Source: an uncultured delta proteobacterium (GTDB lineage Bacteria; Desulfobacterota; Binatia; Binatales; Binataceae). From it: 64,000 bases of DNA. Position 1 is the stretch's first letter. Every line of letters begins with the position of its first letter. Under the pieces are notes generated by a model. That model saw only the letters and a list, made by a program, of their open reading frames with translations. It had not been told where the DNA came from and did no database searches. The position numbers were made by a program, and so were the translations under genes. This document shows positions 34,667-46,286 of this stretch, piece after piece. The stretch spans positions 72,443 to 136,442 of the forward strand of contig CAVRJV010000014.1 of NCBI GenBank assembly GCA_963721485.1. Direction: 5' to 3'.

Positions 34667-34718
34667 CCCCGATCAGTTACCGATTTTTTCGGCTGAATGC
34701 GATAGGCGCGAGATCGAT

Positions 34719-34761
34719 CTATGCCGGCTGCGGGGCGGCTGCGTCCAGGCGCACCGACGCG
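34719..34761 (-). repeat. Direct repeat C: displaced original 3' end of the phosphotransferase gene (ASVRLDAAAPQPA-TAG)
   Basis: 33/43 identical to 37992-38034; differences almost all synonymous. Confidence 0.9.
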
Positions 34762-34775
34762 TGAGTTCAGTCGGC

Positions 34776-34794
34776 TAAGCCGCAGTCCGGCTTA
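34776..34794 (-). terminator. Hairpin at the stop of the DHA2 gene
   Basis: TAAGCCG-cagtc-CGGCTTA. Confidence 0.45.
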
Positions 34795-36400
34795 CTCCCC
34801 GCCGATATGGGCGCCCTTCTCCGCTACCGAGCGGCGCATGAGCAGAACGAACAACACCAACATCAAGCCGACCGCAGCCGAAAAGGAGAAGACGTCAAAG
34901 TAGGCCAGTGACGAGGCCTGCTGAGCTCGCGACTGGTCGAGAACGCCCAACGCCATTTGATGTGACAATACAGCATCGCCGTTGTGCTGCAGGAAAAACG
35001 CCTGGCCCCGCGTCAACAGATTGTTGACCGGAGGGTTCAGGGGATCGAGGCTTTCATTCAGCCGCAGGGTATGAAACTGCTCGCGTCGTTCCTGAATAAT
35101 TTGAGCGACCGAAGTTCCCACGCTGCCGCCTTCGTTGCGCAGCAGAGCGAGCAATCCAACGGCGGCGCCGCGGATCTCCTTCGGTAGATAGATAAACGCT
35201 GCCACGTTAAGGGGCGCGAACAGCATCGACAACCCCGCGATGACCACCACCCTCGGCCACACCACCTGCCACGGACTGATATCGAGGTTGAGGAGAGCCA
35301 TCCAGTAGCTTCCCAGCGCCATCGTGAGTAGTCCGCCCGCCATCAGGTATCGGGCATCGACTCCGCGAGATAGCAGGGCGCCGACGACAACGAGCATGAT
35401 GATCGCGAAGATCCCTGATGGCGATAGAACCAAACCCGAAGTGGTGGCGTCGTAGCCAAAAAGTGACTGCAGCAAGGCGGGAAGCGAAATGGTGTTGGCG
35501 TAGAGCACTCCGTAAGCGCAGAAGATAATGACGCAGCAGATGCCAAAGTTTCGGTCGGCCATCGTCCGGAGCGCGACCAGTGGATTGCGCAGGTGCAATT
35601 CGCGATAGATCAAGCCGCCGAGGCCGAGCGAAGAACAGGATCAACAGCCCCTGCACGCGATAGAACGGATCGCCGAGCCAGTCCCACTGCTGCCCCTTGC
35701 TCAGCATGACCTCCCAGCAAACCATCGTCACAGCTAGCAGACAGAGGCCGAGCACATCGAAGGGTTCGCGTCGATTGCGACTCCTGGCCCGTTCAGCTTG
35801 GAGATATTCCGGATCTTCGACCAGCGCGTGGCACATCAAATAGGCCAACAGGCCGACCGGCACGTTCAGATAGAAGATCCAGCGCCAGCCGTAGTTGTCG
35901 GTGATATAGCCGCCGAGCGTTGGCCCGACAACCGGCGCGAGCAGTGCCGCCATCCCAAAGATCGTCATCGCCTGGCCTTGTTTCTCTTGCGGGAACGCAT
36001 CCAGCAGCACGGCCTGGCTGGAGGGTTGGAGACCACCGCCGGCCACACCCTGAAGCGCTCGAGATGCGATTATGAAGCCAAGGCTTCCGGCCATCCCGCA
36101 CAACGCGGACGCCAACGTAAAAATGGCTATCGAGGCCAGGAAATAGTTTCGCCTGCCCAGCCGCAGCGCGAGCCATCCGGAAATCGGCAGGATGATCGCA
36201 TTGGATGCGAGGTAAGTGGTGATGACCCACTCGCTGTCGACATTGGCAGCCGACAAGCCGCCGGCAATGTAACGCAAGGCAACATTCGCGATGGTGGTAT
36301 CCAGAACCTCCATGAAGGTCGGGATTACCACCGCAACCGCTATCAGCCAGGGATTGACCGATCGCCTCGCGAGCGGAACCTGGAGCGCTGCGGCACTCAT
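34792..36400 (-). CDS. emrB: DHA2 family MFS efflux permease, EmrB-like (frameshift ~35630)
   Basis: FMEVLDTTIANVAL, WVITTYL, GPTLGGYITDNYGWRWIFYLNVPVG, RNEGGSVG. Confidence 0.9.
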
Positions 36401-37905
36401 TGAGGGCAGGGGCAGAAACGGGACCAGTCGCGGATACTGAGGCTTGAAGCATCTTGCCGGCGTTCGGACCGGTAGGCGTCTCGTGGATGTACACGTACGG
36501 AGTGACCGATAGCCCGATGAACAGTGGAGCGACGTCAGGATCGTAGTTGGTCAATTCGATTCGCACCGGCAGCCGCTGCACAACCTTGACGAAGTTTCCG
36601 GTCGCATTCTCGGCCGGCAAAAGCGCCAGCGTAGATCCGGTTCCCATCGTGAATCCGGAAACGCGACCCTGAAAGTGCCGGTGACTGCCGTACATGTCGA
36701 CGTCGAGCTCGACCGGTTGTCCGATGCGCAGATTCGCCAGTTGCGTCTCCTTGAAGTTGGCGTCGACCCAAATATCGGTGAGAGATCGCAACGCCATCAG
36801 CCCCTGCCCGGCGATAACCTGATCGCCCGGGTTGACGTTGCGACGCGTCACGACACCGTCGATGTCGGCGACGACATCGCAATAGGAAAGGTTCAGCTTG
36901 GCTTGATCGAGATTGGCTTGGGCCTCATTCAACTTGGCCTCAGCCTGTTTGACGTCGGGTGCATTACTTGGAAATCTCATCGAAGATCGCATCGATATTG
37001 CCGGACGAGTCGCGCTTGTAGAACTCTGCGAGCATCTCGTCGGGAGACTCATTGAATGAATGAAAAGACCCGAGCTCGGCCGCAGTCTGCATGAGTCGCT
37101 CCTGGGCAACCTTGACCGCTGAATAAGTTTGGTCGAGATTCGCGGGGATGCCGCTCAGGTCATCGCCGTTCTTGGGTGTGGGTGGCAGCCCAAGTTCAGC
37201 GCGAACCTGCGCGACATCATGCTGAGCCTTCTGTTGCTGTGCCTGAGCTACCGAAAAGGCTTCCTGGAACGAATCGAACTCCTGTTTTGATATAACCTGC
37301 TGTTGGTATAGCTGCTGCTCCCGCCCGTAGTCGGCCTGGGCCTTGATGAGGGTGGCATTCGCGGCTTGAAGAGCGTCTACTTTGGAGTGCAGGTCGGCGA
37401 CCTGGTTGTTGAGGTTGTGCATCGCATTTGCCAGATCGAACCGTTGGCTGCGCGCCAAACTCTCAAGGCCCCGAACTTTCGCTTGTGCTGTGACAATGCC
37501 GGCCTGCGCGAGCGACAGCGCAGCTTGCGCGATATCGACCTTGACCTGGTACGGCTCCTTGTCAAGCTGCACAAGCAGCGCGCCCTTCCGCACCCGATTG
37601 TTGTCGTCCACCAGCACGCGCACGACTTGACCAGGCACCCGCGGCGCCACAAACGTCACGTGTCCGTTAACGTAGGCGTCGTCTGTTGACTCTGTTCTGA
37701 AGGCAGTGATGGCCCAGGGGATGGCCTCGTATAGCGCCAAAAGGACAAGCACACCGCCGGCGATCCACATCCACAGATGGCCGCCTTTGAGGCTGCTTCC
37801 CGGTTGGGGCTTGCGCGATTGGCGCATCGGCCTCGGCGTCGGTGCAGATGGCGCCGGTTCGTGGAGGGATTTGCCAGCGGACTCAGCTGAGTTTCCATCA
37901 GGCAT
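36397..37905 (-). CDS. emrA: HlyD/EmrA-family membrane fusion protein with long coiled coil (frameshift ~36965)
   Basis: STDDAYVNGH, WVDANFKETQL, PAENATGNFVKVVQRLPVRI. Confidence 0.9.
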
Positions 37906-37991
37906 TGGCTCGATCCTCCGTTAATTCACAACCGCAAGGCAACTGTACGATGTCCACGTTGCCCTGGCCGCAGAGCCGTTAACGTACGACC

Positions 37992-38034
37992 TCAGGCGGG
38001 CTGCGGCGACGCAGCGTCCAGGCGGACTGACGCG
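37992..38034 (-). repeat. Direct repeat D: replacement 3' end now used by the phosphotransferase gene (ASVRLDAASPQPA-TGA)
   Basis: Partner of 34719-34761. Confidence 0.9.
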
Positions 38035-39130
38035 CCGCTTTTGCGCGTCGCGTAGCGGCTGAGCAGCCGCACGACCGCGGGCGTGACTTCGTCGATCGCC
38101 TCGCGGCGGAAGCCGACGACCTCCGGGCCGCGCGCGCGCATCATGCCCATCATCGAGAGCCGCAGCAGCGCCGCGACCGCCTGGCAGTAGCGGAAGCGCT
38201 CGAAGTCCATCGGCGCCATCGCGTGGTAGAGCGGGATGTACAGCGCCGCGAAGCTGCGCGCGCAGCCCGTTGCCGACGAGGTTGTCGCGCATCCATCGCG
38301 GCTTCTCGAGCGCCGAGGACGACAGGATCACCGCCGTCATCGCGGCGTCGAGATGGCGATCGCCGACGTCGGTATTGACCCAATCGATCACGCCGGTCAC
38401 GCGCACTCCATCCACCACCACGTTCTGCGGATGATAGTCCATGTGCACCAGCGAATCCGGGCTGCGGCGGAATTTGGGCGCGCGCTCGGTGACGAGATTA
38501 AGCGCCTCGCGCAGGCCGGGCAGCGGGCCGTGTCTCGACGCGATTGGCGATTATCGCGAGCACGCGATCGAGCAGCGGCGAGCCGGCGCTCGGCGGCACC
38601 GATCGGGCGCATAGGCGCGCGGAATCTCGCGCAGGCCGGCGCTGCGCCGGATCGAATTTGTGGAGCTTCGATTGCGCGCGCACGAAGCGAGAAAAATCCC
38701 AGCGAGAAAGTTTTGAACGCGCTCGGAAAACTGCGCGTCGGCGAACAGCGGCCCGCCTGCGAGGCGCTGCATGATCAGAAACGGCGCGCCGAGGGCGCTG
38801 TGATCGGCCTCGAAGGCGTAGGGTCGCGGGACGCGGATAGCGCGCGGCGAACAGTCGATCGATCGTCAGTGTTCTCGCGCGCGCCCTTGGCGTCGGCGAG
38901 CGGAGCCCTGGTAGAAGCGCAGCACCATCGGCTACGCCGACCGGGATCTGCGGCGAAGCGACTTCGACGGCGCTGCGAGCGTGAATTCGAAGACCGTGGT
39001 CTCCCATCCGCTGGCAAGGACGCTCAAGCGCGCAACGCGGCGCGCCGAGATAAGTCGGCGAGGCGTTGCTCGATATCGGCGGGTCGAGCATCAGAAGGCG
39101 CGGGCAGAGAGTCCGCGCGAATCGCAGCGT
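37992..39130 (-). CDS. APH/choline-kinase-like phosphotransferase (heavily frameshifted; start approximate)
   Basis: SGWETTVF, HMDYHPQNV Brenner motif, GVIDW, GDRHLDAA. Confidence 0.75.
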
Positions 39131-39259
39131 AGTACAGGCTGGCGTCGCGCGCAATTGACCTGACACGCGTGTCAGGTGGGAGTCGCGCAGAACTCGGTTC
39201 TGATCGGATGCAGCGATCAACCGGATCGGCTGCTAGCCGAACTGCTGAGTCCGTCCTTG

Positions 39260-40439
39260 TCAGAACGTCCTGTGATGATGTGCGACGGCTGCGGCTTGCG
39301 ACAGTTGCATCGGGCTCGCGGCGTTCCTGCTCGGAGGTGGCAGCCTCTCGTTGGGCACCGTCTGGCCGTCTTTGTGGTAGTGCTGCTGCACGATCGATGA
39401 GAGCAACGGGCCGCTGCGATCGCTGAGATCGATCGCGACTTCGACCGACAGCCCCAGGCGCAGCGGTTTGTCTTCGGGCGACGTGCCCGTCGATGACAAT
39501 CTTAACCGGCACGCGCTGCACGACCTTGACCCAGTTGCCGGTCGCGTTCTCGGGCGGCAGCAGCGAGAACGCCGCGCCGGTGCCCATGCTGATCGAATCG
39601 ACGTGGCCCTTGTAGGTGTAGCCGGGATAGATGTCGGCGACGATCTCCGCCTTCTGCCCGACGCGCACGTCGGTGAGCTGGGTCTCCTTGAAATTCGCCG
39701 TGACGTAGAGCTTGCCGCAGCGGCACGATCGCCATCAGCGGCTCGCCGACCTGGACGCGATTGCCGACGTGGGCAGTCTTGTGGGTCACGACGCCGGCGA
39801 ACGGCGCCGTCAGCTTGGTGTAGTCGAGATCGAGTTTGGCTGCTTCCAGAGCCGCCTCGGCCTGCTTGACGACCGGACGGTCGTAGCGCGATTGGTCGTC
39901 GTACTGCGTGCCCGAGCGCGGCCTGCGGCCTGGGTCAACTGATGCTCCGCCAGCGCTTCATCGGCCACCGCGATGCGCAGGCCGGTGTCGGCCTGATCGT
40001 ATTGCTCGGCGGAAACGACGCCCTGTTCCTTCAACGACTTGGCGCGGTCGTAATCGATTTGCGCCTGCTTGAGCTGCGACTGCACCAGCGACACGCCCGA
40101 GCTTCGCGGCCTCGCACGCCGGCATAAAGCTCGTCGACCGACTGCTTTGCGCGATCGAGCTTGGCCTGCGCCTGATCGACCTTGACCTCGAAGTCGCGCG
40201 GGTCGAGGGTCAGCAGCAACTGGCCTTCCTTAACTGTCCAGTTGTCCTCGACGTAAACGTTGGTGACGGTGCCGGCCACGCGCGAGAGCAACCAGCGCGA
40301 CTGTGCCGTCAACATAAGCGTCGTCGGTGGTGACGTGGCTTTCGAGATATCCGTAGTAGTGAAAGGCGGGAATCGCGGCGGCGGCGATCGCAATGATCAC
40401 CACTACCAAGAGTACCCGGCGCACTAGCTGCGAGTTCAT
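39260..40439 (-). CDS. Second HlyD/EmrA-family membrane fusion protein (frameshifted)
   Basis: TTDDAYVDG, ANFKETQL, LLPPENATGNWVKVVQRVPVKI. Confidence 0.88.
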
Positions 40440-40604
40440 ACAATGATTTCAGGGGCGGGAAGATCCAGATGCATTTCTCGAATCGACAACTTGCTACAGA
40501 GGCTAAGTATGACGAATGGGCGAGGCTGTCAAACGTAGTGGGACGAACTGAGGCGGCGCGCGAATTATGCCGCTGCCACTGCGCTGACTCAACTCGCGTG
40601 CGGG

Positions 40605-41278
40605 TCAGGGCTCGCGAATCGTCGCGTTGGGACCCTTCATCACGGTGGCTACCACCAGGCCGCCGAGCGTCATGTTGGCGGTGAAGGTGCCGAAATCCTG
40701 AGCTGCCGAAAAACGTCGCATCAACTTTTCCGTCCGGCGTGTCGAACAGGATCAACGTCGGCGCGCGCGGCATTGATAATGAATCCGGTTTGTGATGTCC
40801 TCGACCAGCGCCGTGTAATTCTGCGTTGAGCGGACCGCTGACGAAGATGCGCAGGTCCGGATCGGCCGGCGGCGGGATCGAGGTCAGCGTGCCTCCCGCC
40901 TGCACCGAAACCTGCCGAATGGTGCGCTGGTGGACTGCAGGTCGGCCACGTGGTTGGCGTTGATTATTTCGAGACTCAGCAGGTTGCCGCTGCTGGTGGT
41001 TTTGGTCGCGACCAGCGGGGCCAGCGCGAGGGATTGTTGCATATGAAGACGGCAGAGCGGGACGTTGCCCTGAAACGTCCAGGACGAGTTCGCGTCCGAT
41101 ACGGTTGCGGTGAACGGCGTGCCGACGTCGCCGAGGATCTCGTACGAGGCAGCTTCGGGCCGTTGGGCGTATTGCCGACGCTGCCGGAAAATCCGGACTG
41201 GTTGTTGCACGCCGCGATTGCAATCGCGAGCGCCGCGCCGATTGCGCCCAGCGAAAATGTTCGCACGAGATATCGCAT
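40605..41278 (-). CDS. Hypothetical lipoprotein (frameshifted)
   Basis: MRYLVRTFSLGAIGAALAIAIAAC lipobox; beta-rich mature part across several frames. Confidence 0.65.
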
Positions 41279-41298
41279 CAGTTGGAGTGCCTTCGTGA

Positions 41299-43531
41299 TC
41301 ACAGGGTTGGCGTCGCCGTCGGAGTAGGCGGTACCGGCTGGACTACCGTGTTGCAGATGCCGGGGCATGAGCCGTCGGGATTCGAGCAGGTCGTTGGGCA
41401 CTTGATCGCCGGCGTCGGCGTGGGACTCGGGCCCCCGGCAAGTGGCGGCGGCGGTATCGTCACGTTCGCGGCGGTGTCGGCGACCGGCGAGGGCGACGGG
41501 ATCGCAAGTGGCGCCACGCTCGGCTCGGGAATCGGAAGCTGAAACTTCTGGACCTGGTAAGTGTCGCCGGGAGCGCAGAAACAGTAGTTGTTGGTTGGCA
41601 GGGGAATTGGGCGACTGATTTTGCACGAGACCGCTCGTTATCTGCACGGATTGCGTCGAGGCCGGGTCTACTTTCTCCAAAACTACCGAGGTGCCGAGAT
41701 TGGCGTTGGCGACACGTGCCCTGATAACACTGCCGTGACCGACGCAATCGATCTGTCTGTCGTCGGCAAAGGCCGCGGTCGCGGTACGCGCACGCCCCCG
41801 GGGCATAACTGAGGTGCGGGCCCGACTGACGTCTGATTACACCGCGATGCTGTGGCCTGGATACGGGTCCGGTGAGCCCTGGTAGAGATCGATCGTCGTC
41901 GCGAACAGATCGAATACCCGGGGCAGCGGCGTCATCGATCCGGGAATCGGCAGCGTCGGGACGTTAATCGTAAAGGGAACGCAGTCGGAATGGACCTGAC
42001 GGGCAGTTCGCGGCGTTCGAATGCGTGATGCTGACCGGCATCGGCAGCGCGCTCTCGATATTGTTGGTGCCCGGTGTCTTCGGCGAAAACCTGGACCAGC
42101 GTGGTCTCCCCGGGGAATTGGCGGCATGATCGGAATATTGCCTGTGATGTAGCCGGTGGACAGCGTCAGGTTGCAATTGGAGAAACGGTGCTGCTGCCGA
42201 GCGGTGCGCATGCCGCCGGCGGCCATTCCGAGCCCGTGCTCGGCTGCGCCTGCACCAATAGAGTGATCGTAGCCCGGGCGCCAGTAACCTCCATCACATA
42301 GGCGCCGCTTTTCGGCAGCGCCGGAATGTTGTCGAACTGGGCGGAGTCTAGATCGATCCCGGCAGCGGGAAGTTGCCGGCGTTGTCGGTATTCGCGGTCA
42401 GCAACGGCGACGCATTGTTCGGGATTCGCCAGGCAACAGTCGGCCGTTCGCGATGTTGAATCGGGCGGAAGCAACATTGCGAGCGTCGCACCGACGATGG
42501 GTGACTTTGCCTTGCAGCCGTCGGTGACTGGCCGGATAAATTGCCCAGCGACTGAACGGTGACACTGTCGATACTTGAAGTCGGCCGTGATCGGCTGGTT
42601 GTCAAGGGAAACAGCGGCGCTAACCGCTGTGCGGCGTAGGTCAGTGCCGCCGCCGGTCAACCGCCAGATCATAGAGCGTTCCGAACCCATTGGCGATCCG
42701 ACACCCCGCCCGCCGCAGGAACATTAGCGTATAGCTCCCGTTTTTGACCTTGGCGGTCGCAATCGCAGTATCCGGTTCCGATGCCTCGGCCGTGACCGAC
42801 AACTTGCGGATCTTTCCTACCCTCGATGCTGCCGGCGTGCCCGAAACGGTTGACGGTTACGACCCGTGACCGTGCCCAGCATCGCGTTGTCGGAAGAGTG
42901 TTCAGTGTGACCGTTCACAGTGTAAGCACCGCCCGGCGTCGGCGGAGCCACGAGTTACCACCATCGTCACTTTAAGGATCAATGGCGACAGCTTGCCCTT
43001 CTCGGCGAGACTATCCCGTCCGGATCGTGCTCGTCACTTCGAATATGTTGCTGTTGGTCAACAGTGAGCGGATAATGGATGCATCCGTCGGCGTTGCCGA
43101 AGGTCGGGGCGCGGTCGGACAGGTGGGGACCAAATAGCCGGAAATGTTCGGATCGATCCGGATCTCGGCGACGTTGTAAGTCCCGGCTTTCACGCCGGAG
43201 GTGTTGAAGAGCTGCGGCGTGTCCTGCAGGTTGTTCAGATCGATCTGCAGCTCCGCGCTCGAATTGGAGCCGCCAACGCCCGGCGGCGCCGGAATGGTTT
43301 GCCAGCCGCCGTTGCCCGGGCCGGCGTTGGCTTTGGAATTGACGTCGAACCGAGATGACATTGAGTAGAACATTCTGAAAACCCGGGGGCGGGACGCCCA
43401 CAAATCCGATTTCAAGGGACGAATTTTTGCCGGCCCAGGCGGCGCCGGCGTTTGCCAGCAACCCGCAAAATGACGATGGCGAAAGGAATTATCAGACCGC
43501 GAGCAGTCCGGTGCACAAAAAAATATTTCAC
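41299..43531 (-). CDS. Large secreted DUF4382-like protein with Cys-containing modules and Pro/Thr tail (heavily frameshifted)
   Basis: Signal peptide, FQNVLLNV...WQTI...IDLNNLQD...VKAGTY..AEIRI; CCLANPEQC; CPTTCSNPDGSCPGIC tail. Confidence 0.6.
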
Positions 43532-43681
43532 TCGGAATCCATCAATGAAGAATTCGAGTCAGCGATTGGGATAACCTAACCGGTGTGCGAAGGCAAGAAT
43601 ACAATCGCTCGAATGAACGTCCAATTGATACAGGGAGCTTGACTGATTGCCTTCCCGATCCGGAGAATATGTCTGCCAGCG

Positions 43682-45349
43682 ATGAACTCCTCGAATCGAA
43701 ACCTCCGCCTCGCCGCCAGTGTTTACGTTTTTCCTCGTGATCTGGTTTCGCTTTCGCGGTTCGGGTGACCGCGGCCGAATGCGAGCCTGAAAATCACTAC
43801 CGGAAATCCCGGCCTCGAACATTTCGACACCGATGGCGGCGTGGAGCTCGACTTCGGCCTGACCGATGAAAACGGCAATCCGGTCGGCAATCTTCGTCCC
43901 GACAACGTCAAAGTTTTCGAGGACGGCAAGGAAGCCAAGATCATCGATTTCCGCGGCGTCGGCCAGGGCCGTCCCGGTCGACATCGTCTTCGTGCTCGAC
44001 GTCACCGAATCGATGCAGCCGTATATCGACGCCGTCAAGCAGAACATGATCGCATTCGCCCAGGACCTCGCGTCGAACAACCGCGACTACCGGCTCGGCC
44101 TCGTGACCTTCGAGGACTACGTCGTCTCCCAGTATCCCGACTGCAATTGCGAGTATCGCAATCCGCTCACTTCGAACGTCAAACAAGTTCAGCGATTGGG
44201 TCGGCACGCTGCACGCCGGCGGCGGCGGCGACATCCCCGAGGATCAGCTCGACGCGCTCGCCTATGCGGCGAACTTTCCGTTCCGCCCCGAGGCGAAGGC
44301 ATCATGATCATCGTCACCGACGCGCCGCCGCCATAAAGCGGCGACGGCTCCCGATACCGCAGCACGATCAGGCCTATCGCGACCATCATCCGCGCGACAA
44401 TGACGTTACTGAGATGACCGGCGACAAGGTCGCCGAGCATGCTCAAGAAAAACGGGCTCACTCTCTATGCGGTGGTGCCGCCGCCGTTCATCGCGCCCGA
44501 GTACCAGGAAATCGTCGATGCGACCCACGGCCGCTCGTACAACATCATCACCGAGGAAGGGCGCTTCGCGTCGCTGGTGCGCGAGATCGGTCATTCGATC
44601 GCGACCGAGTATTCGCTGACCTATCGAACGCCGCGGCCGATCGAAGACGGCACCAATCGCAGCGTTCAGCTGAAGGTCGACTACAACAGCGAATCCGGCG
44701 ACGCCGAGACTTCCTACCAGGTGCGCGGCGTCGGCGGCGCCGCGATCAACGTGCCCGGAGGATGTCGGGCGACTCGGCCGACGAGCAACTCGACCGGCAC
44801 CGGCCTCAAGCAATTGTCGTTCAATTGGTGGAACGGCGCGGTGCCGCTGATCGCGATCCTGGGGCTGTTCGGGCTGTCGCGGATGAAGCTTCGGCGTCTC
44901 GGCCGACGAGCTTAAGGCCATCGTCGAGGCGCAGGGCGCACCGTCGATCCGGATGCCGTCAGCGGCGGCGCCGGCGGCGCGCGTCGCGCAGCCGCGCACC
45001 CGCCGCGAGGCCGCCGCAATCGCCGGTCACGGCGCCGCGCGGCGCGGGAGTCACGCAGGGTGCACGGCTGGTCGCCGTCGATCGCATCGACCCGGTGCCA
45101 GCCGAGTACTCGCTGATGAAGGACGAAATCTCGATCGGCCGCGGCGAGGACAACGACGTCGTCATTCCGCATGCGAGCGTGTCGCGACAGCACGCGCGCC
45201 TGATGCGTCGCGACGGTGGCTTCGAGCTGATGGACCTGAATTCGACCAACGGCAGCTACGTCGACGATCGCCAAATCCACGGCTCGGCATTCCTGAGCGC
45301 CGGCAGCCACCTGCGCCTGGGCGACATCCGCTTCGTGCTACAGCTGTAA
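43682..45349 (+). CDS. VWA-domain, TM and C-terminal FHA-domain protein (frameshifted)
   Basis: DIVFVLDVTESM MIDAS, GGGDIPEDQLDAL, IIVTDAPP; TM AVPLIAILGLFGL; FHA IGRGEDND...SVSRQHA...DLNSTNGSYV. Confidence 0.85.
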
Positions 45350-45364
45350 CTGCATTTCCAAAGC

Positions 45365-46264
45365 ATGCCGGAAAGTTGGGAGGATAAATTCGAGTCGCTG
45401 CGCGCGAGCCGGGTTCTCACTCACAACGCAGACTACCTGGAGTTCCTGGTCAACAAGGTGTGGCGAATCGACCGCGCACCGGTGCGAGTCGCGGAGTTCG
45501 GATGCGGCTACGGACGGTTCGCCTCGATGCTGTTGCCGCTTCTCGCGGCCGCGAGCTTCTACACCGGCTTTGATTCCGCCGCGACGCTCGTTGCCAAGGG
45601 CCGTGAGATCTTCGCGGAATCGCCCTACTCGATATCGTTTGTCCGCGGCGAGGTGCACGACGCGCCGCTGCGCGACCGCAATTTCGACGTAACGATCGCT
45701 CATCTTGTGCTGATGCACGTGTCTAATCCCGAGCTGGTGCTGCGCGAGATGCTGCGCGTGACCCGTCCCGGCGGACTGCTGATTGCCTGCGACGCCAACC
45801 GCAACGGCAACAACGCTGTTCTCCATATCGAAGAAACCGACGAGCAGGAGGCGCTTGCCCTCGAAGTTTTCCAGGCCGTCAATCGCAGTATCCGCCGCGA
45901 GAGTGGTGTCGACTACAATATCGGGATGAAGACGCCCTTCATGATGCATCGTCTTGGACTGGAGAACGTGCAGGCGCGCATGAGCGATTCGGTCGCGCTG
46001 CTCATTCCGCCACTGGATACGGCGGAGAAGCAGCAAATCTTCAAAGCGATGTGCAGCGAGGGGCTCGGCTATCAGCCCACCGACCAGGCGGAGATCGATC
46101 GATGGCGCGAGATGCTCGTCAGGCGCGGTGTTTCACGCGAGGCCGCTGACAAGGAAATCAAGCGCGAGCTCGAGCGCGACTTCCTCCACAAGGGAATGAA
46201 CTACCACACCGCCTCGGCCTGCGCGTTCACATTCAGCTTCGGCACGGTGCCCGTGGCCGGATAA
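45365..46264 (+). CDS. Class I SAM-dependent methyltransferase
   Basis: EFGCGYG motif I, TGFDS, FDVTIAHLVLMH, RPGG. Confidence 0.9.
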   Translation: MPESWEDKFESLRASRVLTHNADYLEFLVNKVWRIDRAPVRVAEFGCGYGRFASMLLPLLAAASFYTGFDSAATLVAKGREIFAESPYSISFVRGEVHDAPLRDRNFDVTIAHLVLMHVSNPELVLREMLRVTRPGGLLIACDANRNGNNAVLHIEETDEQEALALEVFQAVNRSIRRESGVDYNIGMKTPFMMHRLGLENVQARMSDSVALLIPPLDTAEKQQIFKAMCSEGLGYQPTDQAEIDRWREMLVRRGVSREAADKEIKRELERDFLHKGMNYHTASACAFTFSFGTVPVAG

Positions 46265-46286
46265 CTCCGGGCTCATCCCGTCCCGA

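Larger units (their letters stand above)
34762..38034. mobile_element. Integrase-less islet carrying an emrAB-type efflux pair
   Basis: Flanked by recoded duplicate of the target gene 3' end; codon usage differs from flanks; no recombinase seen. Confidence 0.8.
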
